A stretch of 64,000 bases of DNA from Clostridia bacterium (GCA_017532425.1 JAFXJH010000136.1:12027-76026); one strand, 5' to 3'. Shown: positions 36,098 through 45,340, counted from the first letter of the stretch. The notes: generated by a model from the letters alone, not told the origin. Numbers and translations: made by a program.

Positions 36098-37951
36098 TTG
36101 AAGAAAAAACAAGGCAATTTCAAGGCGGTACTGCGATTTCTACCTAAAGCACTTCCTTGGTTTGTTCTGACGATAATTTCATCGGCAATGATCACCGTTC
36201 TTGATTCGATCACGCCGCAGCTTGTGCGAATGACGGTCGACTCGATAATCGGCGACAGTAAGCCTGACGTACCTAAAATTGTTATGTGGGTGGTAGAAAA
36301 GCTCGGCGGTATATCACATATAAGAGAAAATATGTATCTTATAGCCATAACAGTGGTAGTATTTGCACTCGGAAGCGCGCTTATGAGATATACCTCGCGT
36401 GCATCGGGAGCAAAGGGCTCTGAAATATATACTGAAAGTATGCGTAACAGCCTGTTTTCTCATATACAGAGACTTCCGTATAAATGGCACGTGGCAAATC
36501 AGACGGGTGATATAATTCAGAGGTGCACGTCGGATGTAAATACTGTAAAGAGCTTTATTTCCGGACAGCTTCCCGACGTTTTCAGACTCGTATTTCTTAT
36601 TTGCTTCTCATCTTATATGATGTTTACAATGAACTGGAAGATCGCGCTTCTTGCAATTGCGTTCGTTCCGTTCGTCTTTATGTATTCAATGCTATTTAAT
36701 AAAAAAATACATAAGGAATTCACCAAAGCAGACGAGGCAGAGGGTGAGCTTTCCACGATAGCGCAGGAAAATATCACGGGAGTACGCGTGGTACGCGCGT
36801 TCGGAAGGGAGGCGCATGAAAGAGATAAGTTTGAAAAGCAGAATAATATTTACACCGAAAATTGGGTAGTTCTCGGTAAGACCATGGGATGGTTTTGGGG
36901 AACGTCCGATTTTGTTTCGGGATTTCAGATGCTTTCGGTGATCGTGTTCGGAATTTTCTGTGCTTCTGCGGGAGATCTTACCGCGGGAGAGTTTATAGCG
37001 TTTATTTCGTATAACTCGATGCTTACCTGGCCGGTGCGTCAGCTCGGAAGACTTATATCCCAGCTTAGCCGTGCATCTGTTTCGGCAGAGCGTATAGCTT
37101 ATATACTTAACGAAGAGGAAGAAAAGGATATGCCGCATGAGGTCGATATGCCCGACGGTGATATCGTTTTCGATAACGTTACGTTTGCATATTCAAGCGA
37201 ACTTCAGCCGGTGCTGAAAAACGTATCGTTTACAATAAAAAAGGGAGAAATGTTTGCAATTCTCGGAGGAACGGGAAGCGGAAAATCTACTCTTGTGCTT
37301 CTTCTTCACCGTCTTTATGACCTTGAAGACGGTTGCGGCACTATTACGGTAGGCGGCGTTGATATCAGAAATATCAAGCGCTCATCCCTTCGCTCAAGGA
37401 TCGGTATGATACTTCAGGAGCCCTTCCTTTTCTCGAAAACCGTAGGCGAAAATATCGCTATTACAGAGGACTCGGGCGCAGATACCGAAAAGATTTCCGA
37501 AAAGGTCAAGCACGCGGCATCTCTTGCAAGCATTTCGGACGAGATAGAATCGTTTGCGGATAAATATGATACTGTAGTCGGTGAGCGCGGCGTGACACTT
37601 TCGGGAGGACAGAAGCAGAGAGTAGCAATAGCGCGTCAGTTTGTCAGAGAAAACGAATATATTATTCTTGACGACTCGCTGTCTGCGGTGGATACAGAAA
37701 CTGACAGTAAGATAAGAGCCGCGATAACACGCGAAAGCAAAAATGCGACAGTTATCATTATTTCGCACAGAGTTACCACTCTTTCGCAGGCAGATTCCAT
37801 ACTTGTTCTTGAAAATGGCAGAGTAGCAGAATACGGCGCTCCGTCAGAGCTTCTTCAAAACGGCAAAACGTACAGTAAGATATACGAGCTTCAGACTTGT
37901 GTTCCCGATAGTGATAATTACTTGAAAGGAAGTGAAGTTGACAATGACTGA
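36098..37951 (+). CDS. ABC exporter half-transporter (TMD-NBD), first of a heterodimer pair
   Basis: Six TM helices. Walker A GGTGSGKST, signature LSGGQKQR, Walker B IILDDSLSAVD. TTG start. Confidence 0.88.
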   Translation: MKKKQGNFKAVLRFLPKALPWFVLTIISSAMITVLDSITPQLVRMTVDSIIGDSKPDVPKIVMWVVEKLGGISHIRENMYLIAITVVVFALGSALMRYTSRASGAKGSEIYTESMRNSLFSHIQRLPYKWHVANQTGDIIQRCTSDVNTVKSFISGQLPDVFRLVFLICFSSYMMFTMNWKIALLAIAFVPFVFMYSMLFNKKIHKEFTKADEAEGELSTIAQENITGVRVVRAFGREAHERDKFEKQNNIYTENWVVLGKTMGWFWGTSDFVSGFQMLSVIVFGIFCASAGDLTAGEFIAFISYNSMLTWPVRQLGRLISQLSRASVSAERIAYILNEEEEKDMPHEVDMPDGDIVFDNVTFAYSSELQPVLKNVSFTIKKGEMFAILGGTGSGKSTLVLLLHRLYDLEDGCGTITVGGVDIRNIKRSSLRSRIGMILQEPFLFSKTVGENIAITEDSGADTEKISEKVKHAASLASISDEIESFADKYDTVVGERGVTLSGGQKQRVAIARQFVRENEYIILDDSLSAVDTETDSKIRAAITRESKNATVIIISHRVTTLSQADSILVLENGRVAEYGAPSELLQNGKTYSKIYELQTCVPDSDNYLKGSEVDND

Positions 37952-39785
37952 TAATATCGAAAAAGATACAGAAAATATTAAGCTTCCGTTTTTCGGAATA
38001 CCTAAAATACTGCCATATATCAAGCACTACCGTAAAAATATTCTTTTTATGCTTCTTGCTTGCTTTGGCACGTCGATAGTTGACCTTGTTCTTCCTCTTT
38101 TTCAGCGATATGCTATAAATAATTTCGTTGAAGAGGAAAAAGCGGACGGCGTATGGATATTTGCCGTATGCTATCTTGTCGTTATAGTTTTGCAGATATT
38201 CTGCTTTATGTATTGGGCTCGTACTGCATGGACCTGCGAGATGCGTATAGGAAGAGACCTTAAAAGAGCATCCTTTAATCATCTGCAGACCCTTTCGTTT
38301 TCCTATTTCAATACCAACGCGGTAGGATATATACACGCACGTGTTATGAGCGATACCTCTATGATAGCGCAGATATTCACGTGGGGGCTTGTAGACGTAA
38401 GCTGGACGGTAATTTATCTTATAGGAGCCTGCATTATGATGCTCTGGCTTAAATTTGAGCTTGCTGTTATCGTAATTGCGGTCGTTCCGATAGTTGCCGC
38501 AGTATCATTCCTTCTCAACCGTAAGCTTGTGGAAGCTAACCGCAAGGTAAGAGAAGTAAACTCGGTAATGACGGGTAAATTCAACGAGGGTATAGTCGGT
38601 GCAAAGACGACCAAAACACTGCTTATTGAAGATAAGACCTTTGATGATTTTTCGTCGCAAACCAAGCATATGAAGCGTGCGGCGGTAAAAGCATCACACT
38701 TCAGCGCACTTTTCATATCAGTTTCAACCTTTCTTTGCTCGTTCGCAGTTGCTATAGTTATGTGGAAGGGCGGAAATCTTACGGCAGAATCACTTATGGA
38801 TGTGGCAACACTCTCGGCGTTTATCACCTATGCGCTGAATATGGTAGACCCCATAACAGAGCTTGCACGTACGGTGAGCGATCTTGTCGGTGTAAAGGTA
38901 AATATAGAGCGTTTCACAAAGCTTATGAATACCGAGCCTGACGTAAAGGACAGCAGCGAAGTTATAGAAAAGTACGGCGACTCCTTTACTCCCAAAAAGG
39001 AAAACTGGGAAGAAATAAAGGGAGATATAGAGCTTTGCGACGTAAGCTTCAAATATCCGGACGGAAACGAATACGTTCTTGAGCATTTTAGTCTTAAGAT
39101 ACCTGCAGGAACGAACGTTGCCATAGTAGGAGAAACGGGCGCGGGAAAATCTACGCTTGTGAATCTCGTTTGCCGATTCTTCGAGCCGACGTCGGGTAAG
39201 ATACTTATCGATGGAAGAGATTACAGAGAGCGTTCACAGCTTTGGCTTCACTCAAATATAGGATACGTCCTTCAGACACCCCACCTCTTCTCGGGGACGG
39301 TGCGTGATAACCTCAGATACAGCTATCCCGATGCAACGGATGAAGAGCTGTACGCCGCACTCGAGGCGGTAAGCGCAAAGGACGTGGTAGAGCGTCTTGA
39401 CGGCGGGCTTGATTTTAACGTAGGTGAAGGCGGCGACCTTCTTTCGGTCGGAGAAAAGCAGCTTATTTCTTTTGCAAGAGCAATTCTTGCCGACCCGAGG
39501 ATATTCGTTCTTGATGAAGCGACCTCGTCAATAGATACTCTGACAGAGAGCCTGATACAGTCGGCTATAGAAAAGCTTCTTTCGGGAAGAACCTCGTTTA
39601 TGATAGCACACAGACTTTCGACTATACGTAAAGCGGATATCATACTTGTTGTTCGCTCGGGAAAAATAGTCGAATCGGGAACACACGAGGAGCTTTTTGC
39701 AAAGAAGGGCTACTATTATTCGCTTTACACAAGACAGTATCAGGATGAAACCTCTGCTGAAATACTCGGAGGAAACGGTAATTAA
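37944..39785 (+). CDS. ABC exporter half-transporter (TMD-NBD), second of a heterodimer pair
   Basis: Walker A GETGAGKST, degenerate signature LSVGEKQL, Walker B FVLDEATSSID. Overlaps the upstream gene. The start is ambiguous (GTG 37932, TTG 37938 or ATG 37944). Confidence 0.85.
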   Translation: MTDNIEKDTENIKLPFFGIPKILPYIKHYRKNILFMLLACFGTSIVDLVLPLFQRYAINNFVEEEKADGVWIFAVCYLVVIVLQIFCFMYWARTAWTCEMRIGRDLKRASFNHLQTLSFSYFNTNAVGYIHARVMSDTSMIAQIFTWGLVDVSWTVIYLIGACIMMLWLKFELAVIVIAVVPIVAAVSFLLNRKLVEANRKVREVNSVMTGKFNEGIVGAKTTKTLLIEDKTFDDFSSQTKHMKRAAVKASHFSALFISVSTFLCSFAVAIVMWKGGNLTAESLMDVATLSAFITYALNMVDPITELARTVSDLVGVKVNIERFTKLMNTEPDVKDSSEVIEKYGDSFTPKKENWEEIKGDIELCDVSFKYPDGNEYVLEHFSLKIPAGTNVAIVGETGAGKSTLVNLVCRFFEPTSGKILIDGRDYRERSQLWLHSNIGYVLQTPHLFSGTVRDNLRYSYPDATDEELYAALEAVSAKDVVERLDGGLDFNVGEGGDLLSVGEKQLISFARAILADPRIFVLDEATSSIDTLTESLIQSAIEKLLSGRTSFMIAHRLSTIRKADIILVVRSGKIVESGTHEELFAKKGYYYSLYTRQYQDETSAEILGGNGN

Positions 39786-39800
39786 AGAAAAAGCACTTGG

Positions 39801-39840
39801 TTGGCGCACCTGCGTTAAAGCAGGTGCGCCAAGCTTTTGT
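39801..39840 (+). terminator. intrinsic terminator after the heterodimeric ABC exporter
   Basis: 13-bp stem TTGGCGCACCTGC/GCAGGTGCGCCAA followed by GCTTTTGT. Confidence 0.7.
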
Positions 39841-39956
39841 TCGCAACCTCAACCGATAGTTGCATTCAGGTCAAAAAACAAGTTATTGTCTTAAATTTGG
39901 ATATATGCTATGATAAATGCAGAATCCGGATTCAATATTTTTTATGAGGTAAAGTT

Positions 39957-41027
39957 ATGACTATTGGCGAAAGAATTAAACAATTAAGAAAAAAGAATGA
40001 TTTAACACAAGAAAAACTTGCTGACTATCTTTGCGTATCGTATCAAGCTGTTTCTAAATGGGAATGTGGTTTGTCAAGTCCGGATCTTGCGTTGATTATT
40101 CCATTGGCAAAACTTTTGAATGTCACCACTGATGAGTTACTTGGAGCTGTTCCCGAAAATAATGATATGCGTTACTCGGAATTGAAAGCGAATTATGACG
40201 AAACCTTTAAAAACGGGAATATGCTTGCGCGACTAAATGTGTGTGAAAGTGCAGTAAAAGAATATCCCGGTGATATGAAGTGGCTAAATAACTATGCATG
40301 GACTGTTTGGTGCCGCTCTATAGGAGAACTCGATGGTGAAGCCTACGAACAAGAGCGTGAGAAAGCGATTAAGTTATTTGATACCGTTATTGAAAATACA
40401 GACAAGGACGAAATCAAAGTAAATGCAATTACAGGAATTGTACAATGTTTGTGCAACAAGGGTTGTAAAAAAGAAGCAAAAAAATACGTTGATCTGTTTC
40501 CTGAAGCCAAAATTATTCCTTCTGATAAAGACAAATTGCTCGGAATGTGTTTGGAAGGAGAAGAACAAGCCAAACATAAGCAGCATTATTTGGGAGGCTG
40601 TTTGCAAGCTTTGATTGATGCACTCTTGTGGAACGGAGTTGCTGAAAACAAATACACTTGCATAGCTACAGAAAAAATTATCGAAGCTATGATACCTGAT
40701 GAAAACTACTGCGGATTTCATTATGAGATGGCGCATATACAATTTCGCAAGGCTGAAATGAAAGTAAATGAGAATCGTACTAATGAGGCAATAAATCTTC
40801 TGAAAAAGGCAATCTATCATGCAAAAGAATATGATTTGTTGAGCAGCATATCTCCCGGTGTATATGCTTATACAGCACCTCTTTTTAACAAAGTTACAAT
40901 TGATACTCGCAAATGGTGTCACACCGGAAATACTACTCTTTTAGATGATATTAAGGAAATGTGTAACAGAAAAAATTTTGATACAATTCGTAATCACAAA
41001 GAATATTCAGAGCTATTTGAAGAATAA
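39957..41027 (+). CDS. XRE-family HTH regulator with a TPR-like C-terminal domain (RNPP-like architecture)
   Basis: N-terminal HTH_3 (IKQLRKKNDLTQEKLADYLCVSYQAVSKWECG), followed by ~290 aa of helical repeat-like sequence. Codon usage differs from neighbouring genes. Confidence 0.7.
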   Translation: MTIGERIKQLRKKNDLTQEKLADYLCVSYQAVSKWECGLSSPDLALIIPLAKLLNVTTDELLGAVPENNDMRYSELKANYDETFKNGNMLARLNVCESAVKEYPGDMKWLNNYAWTVWCRSIGELDGEAYEQEREKAIKLFDTVIENTDKDEIKVNAITGIVQCLCNKGCKKEAKKYVDLFPEAKIIPSDKDKLLGMCLEGEEQAKHKQHYLGGCLQALIDALLWNGVAENKYTCIATEKIIEAMIPDENYCGFHYEMAHIQFRKAEMKVNENRTNEAINLLKKAIYHAKEYDLLSSISPGVYAYTAPLFNKVTIDTRKWCHTGNTTLLDDIKEMCNRKNFDTIRNHKEYSELFEE

Positions 41028-41289
41028 ATCCTCGACCCGTCTCGCGCGGGACTTCGCATTGTGTCCGCAAAATAAGTGCTTGTCAGAAAAAGTGACAAGA
41101 CGTAGATGAACGTAAAAAGCTCCCATTGCGAGACTTCTCATAAGGATGTTGACAAAATTGTAGGGACCGGCGGTCTCACTTCGGTTCGGTCCCGCCACGG
41201 CTCTGACAGCCATTTAGGCTGTCATTCACTACCGTGGACGCCGCTTCGCTACCTCGACGGTCCACAATGCACGAACCTCGGCAGAGATA

Positions 41290-41318
41290 TTGACTTCTCT
41301 GCCGATTTGCGTTATAAT
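41290..41318 (+). promoter_or_regulatory. sigma-A-type promoter candidate reading into palindromic element copy 2 and the small membrane protein gene
   Basis: TTGACT, 17 nt, TATAAT. The -35 box lies in the loop of a 9-bp hairpin (41278..41305). Confidence 0.45.
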
Positions 41319-41332
41319 GGGGTTGACGGAAA

Positions 41333-41439
41333 GCCTCGCCCTTTGGGAGAGGTGTCGGCGTAGCCGACGGAGAGGGGTAGATGATTGATTGAAATGCCCT
41401 CTCACCCACTGTCGCGGGATCTCTCCCAAAGGGAGAGCC
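41333..41439. repeat. palindromic GC-rich intergenic element, copy 2
   Basis: Same architecture as copy 1: arm GCCTCGCCCTTTGGGAGAGGTGTCGGCGTAGCCGACGGAGAGGGG and its imperfect inverted copy ending CTCTCCCAAAGGGAGAGCC. Shares the GG.AG.GGTG...GCG.AGC..GACGGA.GAGG skeleton with copy 1. Confidence 0.55.
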
Positions 41440-41540
41440 TTTGTATGCGTAACTTTAGGGTTATGGGCTTTGCCCTGTGTCTTTGTAATACAAAGGCGAA
41501 ACTGGCGATAAACAAGAAATTCTTAACGGAGGGATATTCA

Positions 41541-42005
41541 GTGAAAAAATATACATCACGTGCAACGAAATGGTTAGCGCTTTTCTCCATAATCAGTACA
41601 CTTATGTTGTTGATCGGCATTATTTTTATTATCGTTAATATTTCCAATGTGGGTTTACAATTTGGATTAACTTTGCTCGGTGGTTTTATGAGCATCCTTT
41701 TCCTCTCCTGTTTTTTTGCGGAAAAAAGCAGATGGTTAACAATTGATGCCGATAAAATTATTTTGCCAAGAGGTGCAATTATAAACGAGAAAATCTCTTT
41801 TAGAAGAACTATTATTAACACAAATGAAATCCGCTCCATTAAGAGCGAGTTGTATAAAGGTGATGGAATTATTTCAAAAGACACTCTTTTTCACACGTTG
41901 AAGTTAAAAAACGGTGCAAAAATCACGTTTACTCTTTATGCCTATGGCAAAGAAGCGGAAAAAGAAATTGTTGAAACAATAAAAATAGCATTTAACAAAT
42001 TTTGA
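41541..42005 (+). CDS. small two-TM membrane protein with a bacterial PH-like C-terminal domain
   Basis: The GTG at 41541 sits 7 nt after GGAGGG. The upstream part of the listed ORF overlaps a palindromic repeat and looks non-coding. Two hydrophobic helices are followed by WLTIDADKIILPRG... Confidence 0.55.
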   Translation: MKKYTSRATKWLALFSIISTLMLLIGIIFIIVNISNVGLQFGLTLLGGFMSILFLSCFFAEKSRWLTIDADKIILPRGAIINEKISFRRTIINTNEIRSIKSELYKGDGIISKDTLFHTLKLKNGAKITFTLYAYGKEAEKEIVETIKIAFNKF

Positions 42006-42021
42006 ATTGTTGAATAGAAAG

Positions 42022-42070
42022 TTAACCCCTACAGATTTTTCTAAGTCTGTAGGGGTTAATTATTCGTTTA
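42022..42070 (+). terminator. hairpin terminator after the small PH-like membrane protein gene
   Basis: 14-bp stem TTAACCCCTACAGA/TCTGTAGGGGTTAA followed by a T-rich tract. Confidence 0.6.
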
Positions 42071-42137
42071 GCGCGTAGCAAATTTACGCCCGATGGCAAA
42101 CTTCTTTATGAGAAACAGCCTTTTCCAAGTGCTTTTC

Positions 42138-42770
42138 TTATAGCATATTAAAATAACTCAGATAATCAAAATCTTTTTCGGGAATTTTCGGAAGTGCCAT
42201 TTTGCAGAATTTTGCTTCGCAGTACCCGTCGTTTATATGCGGGATGTATAATGCTCCGCATTTCATACATAAAACGTGTCTGCGCTTTGTGTAGTAAACG
42301 GGATAGTTTATCCCGGGAACGAGCATAACGACGTCACCTTTTTTGTAAATGAGCTCGTATTTTCTCGGAAGAGTGAATTTGTGGGCTTTCCCATCGAAGC
42401 CTTTAACAGAAAAGGTAACAAAGGTTTCGATACGGAAACCTTGACCGCGGATCACTATTCCTTTTGGGAAAACGTATCTTTCCTTGTACTTGAATCCGAT
42501 AATTTCGCCTATCCAGGGTCTTTGATAAAGCTTGTAGGGCTCGAATATCAATATGGGAAGCAAAATGGCGAATGCTCCGAACATAACGACAGATTTGACG
42601 GGGTCGATAGCAAGTCCGGACACAAGTAAAAGGATGATCGGAATTTCAAGTATAGCGATCTTCAGAAAAAGCATCGCTCTGCGTCTTCTGCGGTATTTGA
42701 AAATATCTTCGTTCAGCTTTTTGAATTCTTCGAAGCTCTCTTTGTAATTAACCATAGCTGTATTCTCCAT
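42138..42770 (-). CDS. uncharacterised membrane protein (2 TM, DUF3592-like beta domain, C-terminal Cys4 zinc-ribbon-like motif)
   Basis: Hydrophobic helices at aa ~35-80. YKKGDVVMLVPGINYP motif. CMKCG...CEAKFC motif. The alternative start at 42755 follows GGAGA. Confidence 0.5.
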   Translation of the reverse strand: MENTAMVNYKESFEEFKKLNEDIFKYRRRRRAMLFLKIAILEIPIILLLVSGLAIDPVKSVVMFGAFAILLPILIFEPYKLYQRPWIGEIIGFKYKERYVFPKGIVIRGQGFRIETFVTFSVKGFDGKAHKFTLPRKYELIYKKGDVVMLVPGINYPVYYTKRRHVLCMKCGALYIPHINDGYCEAKFCKMALPKIPEKDFDYLSYFNML

Positions 42771-42773
42771 TCG

Positions 42774-43610
42774 TTAAAGTATTGTAAATGCGGTTTGGGC
42801 GCTTACAATAGTGTAAGGTCCTATCTTCTCTCCCATACCTGCAATTCGGTCGTCGATCTTAATAAAGCTGTTTGGCTGGAGAATAAGCAGTGTTTTGTCT
42901 GAATCGTGAATGACGGGTAAATATCTGCGATGCTTGATACCGAGGATCGGACCTACTATCGGACTTGCAAGATGATAGAATATAGGTATCCCCGAAAATG
43001 CCGAATACTTATCGTCTGCATTTTTCTCGAAATTTTCGATCTCAAGATAATACTCTATATCGTTTATTCGGTCGTCGCTGTATCTCTGCGCTATAACGAA
43101 ATCCTTTTCAAAGATATAACGCGATGCACCGACAGCTCCGAGAAGGGCAACGGTCACCTTTGCTTCGGGTGTTTCTATAGAAATAAGGTGAGGCTTGTTT
43201 GCACCCTTGAAAAGAAATTCCTTCAGGGTTGCAGAGGATCGGTAATTTTTCTCTTTTATAAGCTTTTTTAGGCTCATATAAAGTGTAATACGCAGCTTTA
43301 AATATCTTACTATCGGAACTAAGTAATTTAACAATATAACGGCAGCGTAGGTAAGCAGACTTATCTTTAAAAGCAGAGTCGGCTTGTTTGACGTAGCTGC
43401 AAAAATTATTCCCAAAATGATGGTAGGGATGGCGGCTATGATACCAAATCCGAATAGCTTACTTATCTGAATAAATCTGTAAAAGCGCCGTAAATAGAGA
43501 TAATATACAAGCGCAAATGCTATATGGGAAAATGTAACTATGTTGTCGGGAAATACAAATGACAGTACTATGAGAGCCGTGTGCAATATGAAATACGTAA
43601 GTGAAAACAT
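42774..43610 (-). CDS. uncharacterised membrane protein (4 TM plus a ~170-aa soluble domain)
   Basis: Good RBS (AGGAGA); four N-terminal hydrophobic segments; no motif I recognise. Confidence 0.5.
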   Translation of the reverse strand: MFSLTYFILHTALIVLSFVFPDNIVTFSHIAFALVYYLYLRRFYRFIQISKLFGFGIIAAIPTIILGIIFAATSNKPTLLLKISLLTYAAVILLNYLVPIVRYLKLRITLYMSLKKLIKEKNYRSSATLKEFLFKGANKPHLISIETPEAKVTVALLGAVGASRYIFEKDFVIAQRYSDDRINDIEYYLEIENFEKNADDKYSAFSGIPIFYHLASPIVGPILGIKHRRYLPVIHDSDKTLLILQPNSFIKIDDRIAGMGEKIGPYTIVSAQTAFTIL

Positions 43611-43650
43611 GATAATCTCCTATATTATGAGCTTATAAAGCCTTTTTACA

Positions 43651-44283
43651 TCATATGGATTCCTCGCGGTCAAGATAAGAAATGAGAAGGTCGGATCTGT
43701 AAAAAATAAATCTGTCTTTGTAGGAAACGCCGCAGTCTGCGGCTGTTTTTGACGTGCGGTCAGTAAATGATACGTCGTACGCTTTGCGCGGTATTACGAC
43801 TATATTCTGACTGCTGTAGCTGCTGAAGGTCAGATCAAGCTTGACCTTTCGCTCTGACGAATCGCTGTCAAACGTGGTGTTGTGCCGATTAAAATTACTG
43901 AAATATATTAAATGCTCGGTAACAGATCCCTCGTTTTCGCTTTCGATATGTAAGCTCTGTCCGCTGAGCAGATATGGCAGGAACTTTATAAGGTAGCTTT
44001 TGCTTTGACCCTGAAGAGTAATATCTTCTCCGGCATATGAGCTGAAAAACGATTTTATGGGACTGTTTTTCTTTTTGTAGATATAACCGTTCTTCTTAGC
44101 CCATTTTTTCAGTTTTCTGCAGAAGGAATTTCTCTCAAATATTTGGGAAATAAGGCGCATACTTTTTACGCCTACAAAAATAATGATCAGACCTGCAATG
44201 GCAGAAATAAGCGCTATCCAGAAGGAAGGATGGGAAATTGCCGAGATCATAGATCTGATAATATAGCTGAGAAACTGTAACAT
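43651..44283 (-). CDS. uncharacterised membrane-anchored protein (1 TM plus a ~160-aa soluble domain)
   Basis: RBS AAGGAGA; N-terminal TM helix (FWIALISAIAGLIIIFVGV); first gene after a consensus promoter. Confidence 0.5.
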   Translation of the reverse strand: MLQFLSYIIRSMISAISHPSFWIALISAIAGLIIIFVGVKSMRLISQIFERNSFCRKLKKWAKKNGYIYKKKNSPIKSFFSSYAGEDITLQGQSKSYLIKFLPYLLSGQSLHIESENEGSVTEHLIYFSNFNRHNTTFDSDSSERKVKLDLTFSSYSSQNIVVIPRKAYDVSFTDRTSKTAADCGVSYKDRFIFYRSDLLISYLDREESI

Positions 44284-44342
44284 AAATATCTCCTTGGACT
44301 TGTCACGTGATCAAGATCACTCTGATTGATTACTGTGAAATA

Positions 44343-44371
44343 ATTATATCACACAATCACGCGATTGTCAA
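44343..44371 (-). promoter_or_regulatory. consensus sigma-A-type promoter for the three-gene membrane-protein operon
   Basis: On the minus strand: TTGACA, 17 nt (ending in TGA), TATAAT. The leader contains the palindrome GTGATC-nn-GATCAC. Confidence 0.55.
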
Positions 44372-44458
44372 GTGCAATAACCGAAAATCGTGATATAATA
44401 CTAAAATTCGTACACAGTTTTGTATATATTGCCGAATAAAGCTTCGTGAAGATAAAAA

Positions 44459-45340
44459 CTATATCTTTTTTCGGTATTTTTCGGGAGATTCTCCCGTGAT
44501 TTTCTTGAATTGTTCCCAAAAGCTTACGTAATTTGAGAATCCGCATTCAAATGCGATGCTTTCGAGCGAAAGGGTATTGCTTTTGTCGGAAAGCATAGCT
44601 TTGGCGTATGCAATTCTGTTTTGCGTAAGTATGGAGTGAAATCCCTCTTTCATTCGTTGCGAAAGTATTCTTTGAAGTTGTCTCGGTGATAGGTTGACCG
44701 CGTCTGCGACCTCGGATATCCTCAGTTGTCGTTTAGCGTTTCTTGATATGTAGCTTAGTATCTGTATAAGTGTCATATCCTCATCCGAGGCGTTAATTTC
44801 GGCAGTACGCTCTGAAGTTTTTTTCTCGGAAAGCTGTGAATTTGAGCGCAGTATATCGCATATTTTGAGAAACACGATAGTGAAGTTTGCATTTATCTTG
44901 CACATAGCCTCTTCGCCTATTATTATTCCCCTGCAAGCGGAAAGCGCAATGAATTCGGGAGAAAATCCGTTGACTATGAGAGGTCTGTCAATAGAAGAGA
45001 AAAGCTCCTCGTATTCGGAAAAGAGATCGCTTCCGTTCTTTTTCTTGACGAGTCTTATTTCAAAGCTTATCTTCCTTGAGTTATCATCGCTTCGCTCGAA
45101 AGCGTGATATACCTTGGCGGGTATGAGTATCATAGTATCTTTTTCGAGATTTATTTTATTTTCTTCGCTGTAAAAAACACAAGTGCCTTCCTCGATGTAA
45201 TGCGCTTCAAAGTTTGGATGGCAGTGCGGATGCGGATTGAGACTCTGATCGTATCCGTGCTCGGCAAAGCCTGCCTGCATCACAATTTCAACCTTGGTGT
45301 TTCCTATCGATATCTCGCTTTTCTGAACTAATGACGGCAT
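44459..45340 (-). CDS. AraC-family transcriptional regulator (cupin sensor plus HTH_18)
   Basis: N-terminal cupin-like HxH region (HPHCHPNFEAHYIEEG). C-terminal AraC HTH (ESIAFECGFSNYVSFWEQFKKITGESP). Confidence 0.85.
   Translation of the reverse strand: MPSLVQKSEISIGNTKVEIVMQAGFAEHGYDQSLNPHPHCHPNFEAHYIEEGTCVFYSEENKINLEKDTMILIPAKVYHAFERSDDNSRKISFEIRLVKKKNGSDLFSEYEELFSSIDRPLIVNGFSPEFIALSACRGIIIGEEAMCKINANFTIVFLKICDILRSNSQLSEKKTSERTAEINASDEDMTLIQILSYISRNAKRQLRISEVADAVNLSPRQLQRILSQRMKEGFHSILTQNRIAYAKAMLSDKSNTLSLESIAFECGFSNYVSFWEQFKKITGESPEKYRKKI

Noticed and set aside
41028-41150. Short signalling-peptide ORF downstream of the RNPP-like XRE-TPR regulator
   Set aside because: The only ATG-initiated ORF here lacks an RBS and any hydrophobic export region. 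No candidate was found upstream either.
41106-41429. Overlapping 66-85-aa ORFs on both strands within the GC-rich block and palindromic element
   Set aside because: They have no RBS and their Arg/Gly/Ser/Pro-rich translations are typical of GC-rich noncoding sequence. The region is better explained by the hairpins and the repeat element.
41385-41540. N-terminal 52 codons of the listed ORF 41385..42005
   Set aside because: This part overlaps the right arm of the palindromic element. A GTG with a well-spaced GGAGGG RBS at 41541 starts right before the first TM helix, so the shorter CDS is preferred.
44389-44399. Plus-strand extended -10 box (TGATATAAT) pointing into the 3' end of the AraC gene
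   Set aside because: There is no -35 box at proper spacing and no downstream plus-strand gene. An antisense promoter is possible but unsupported.
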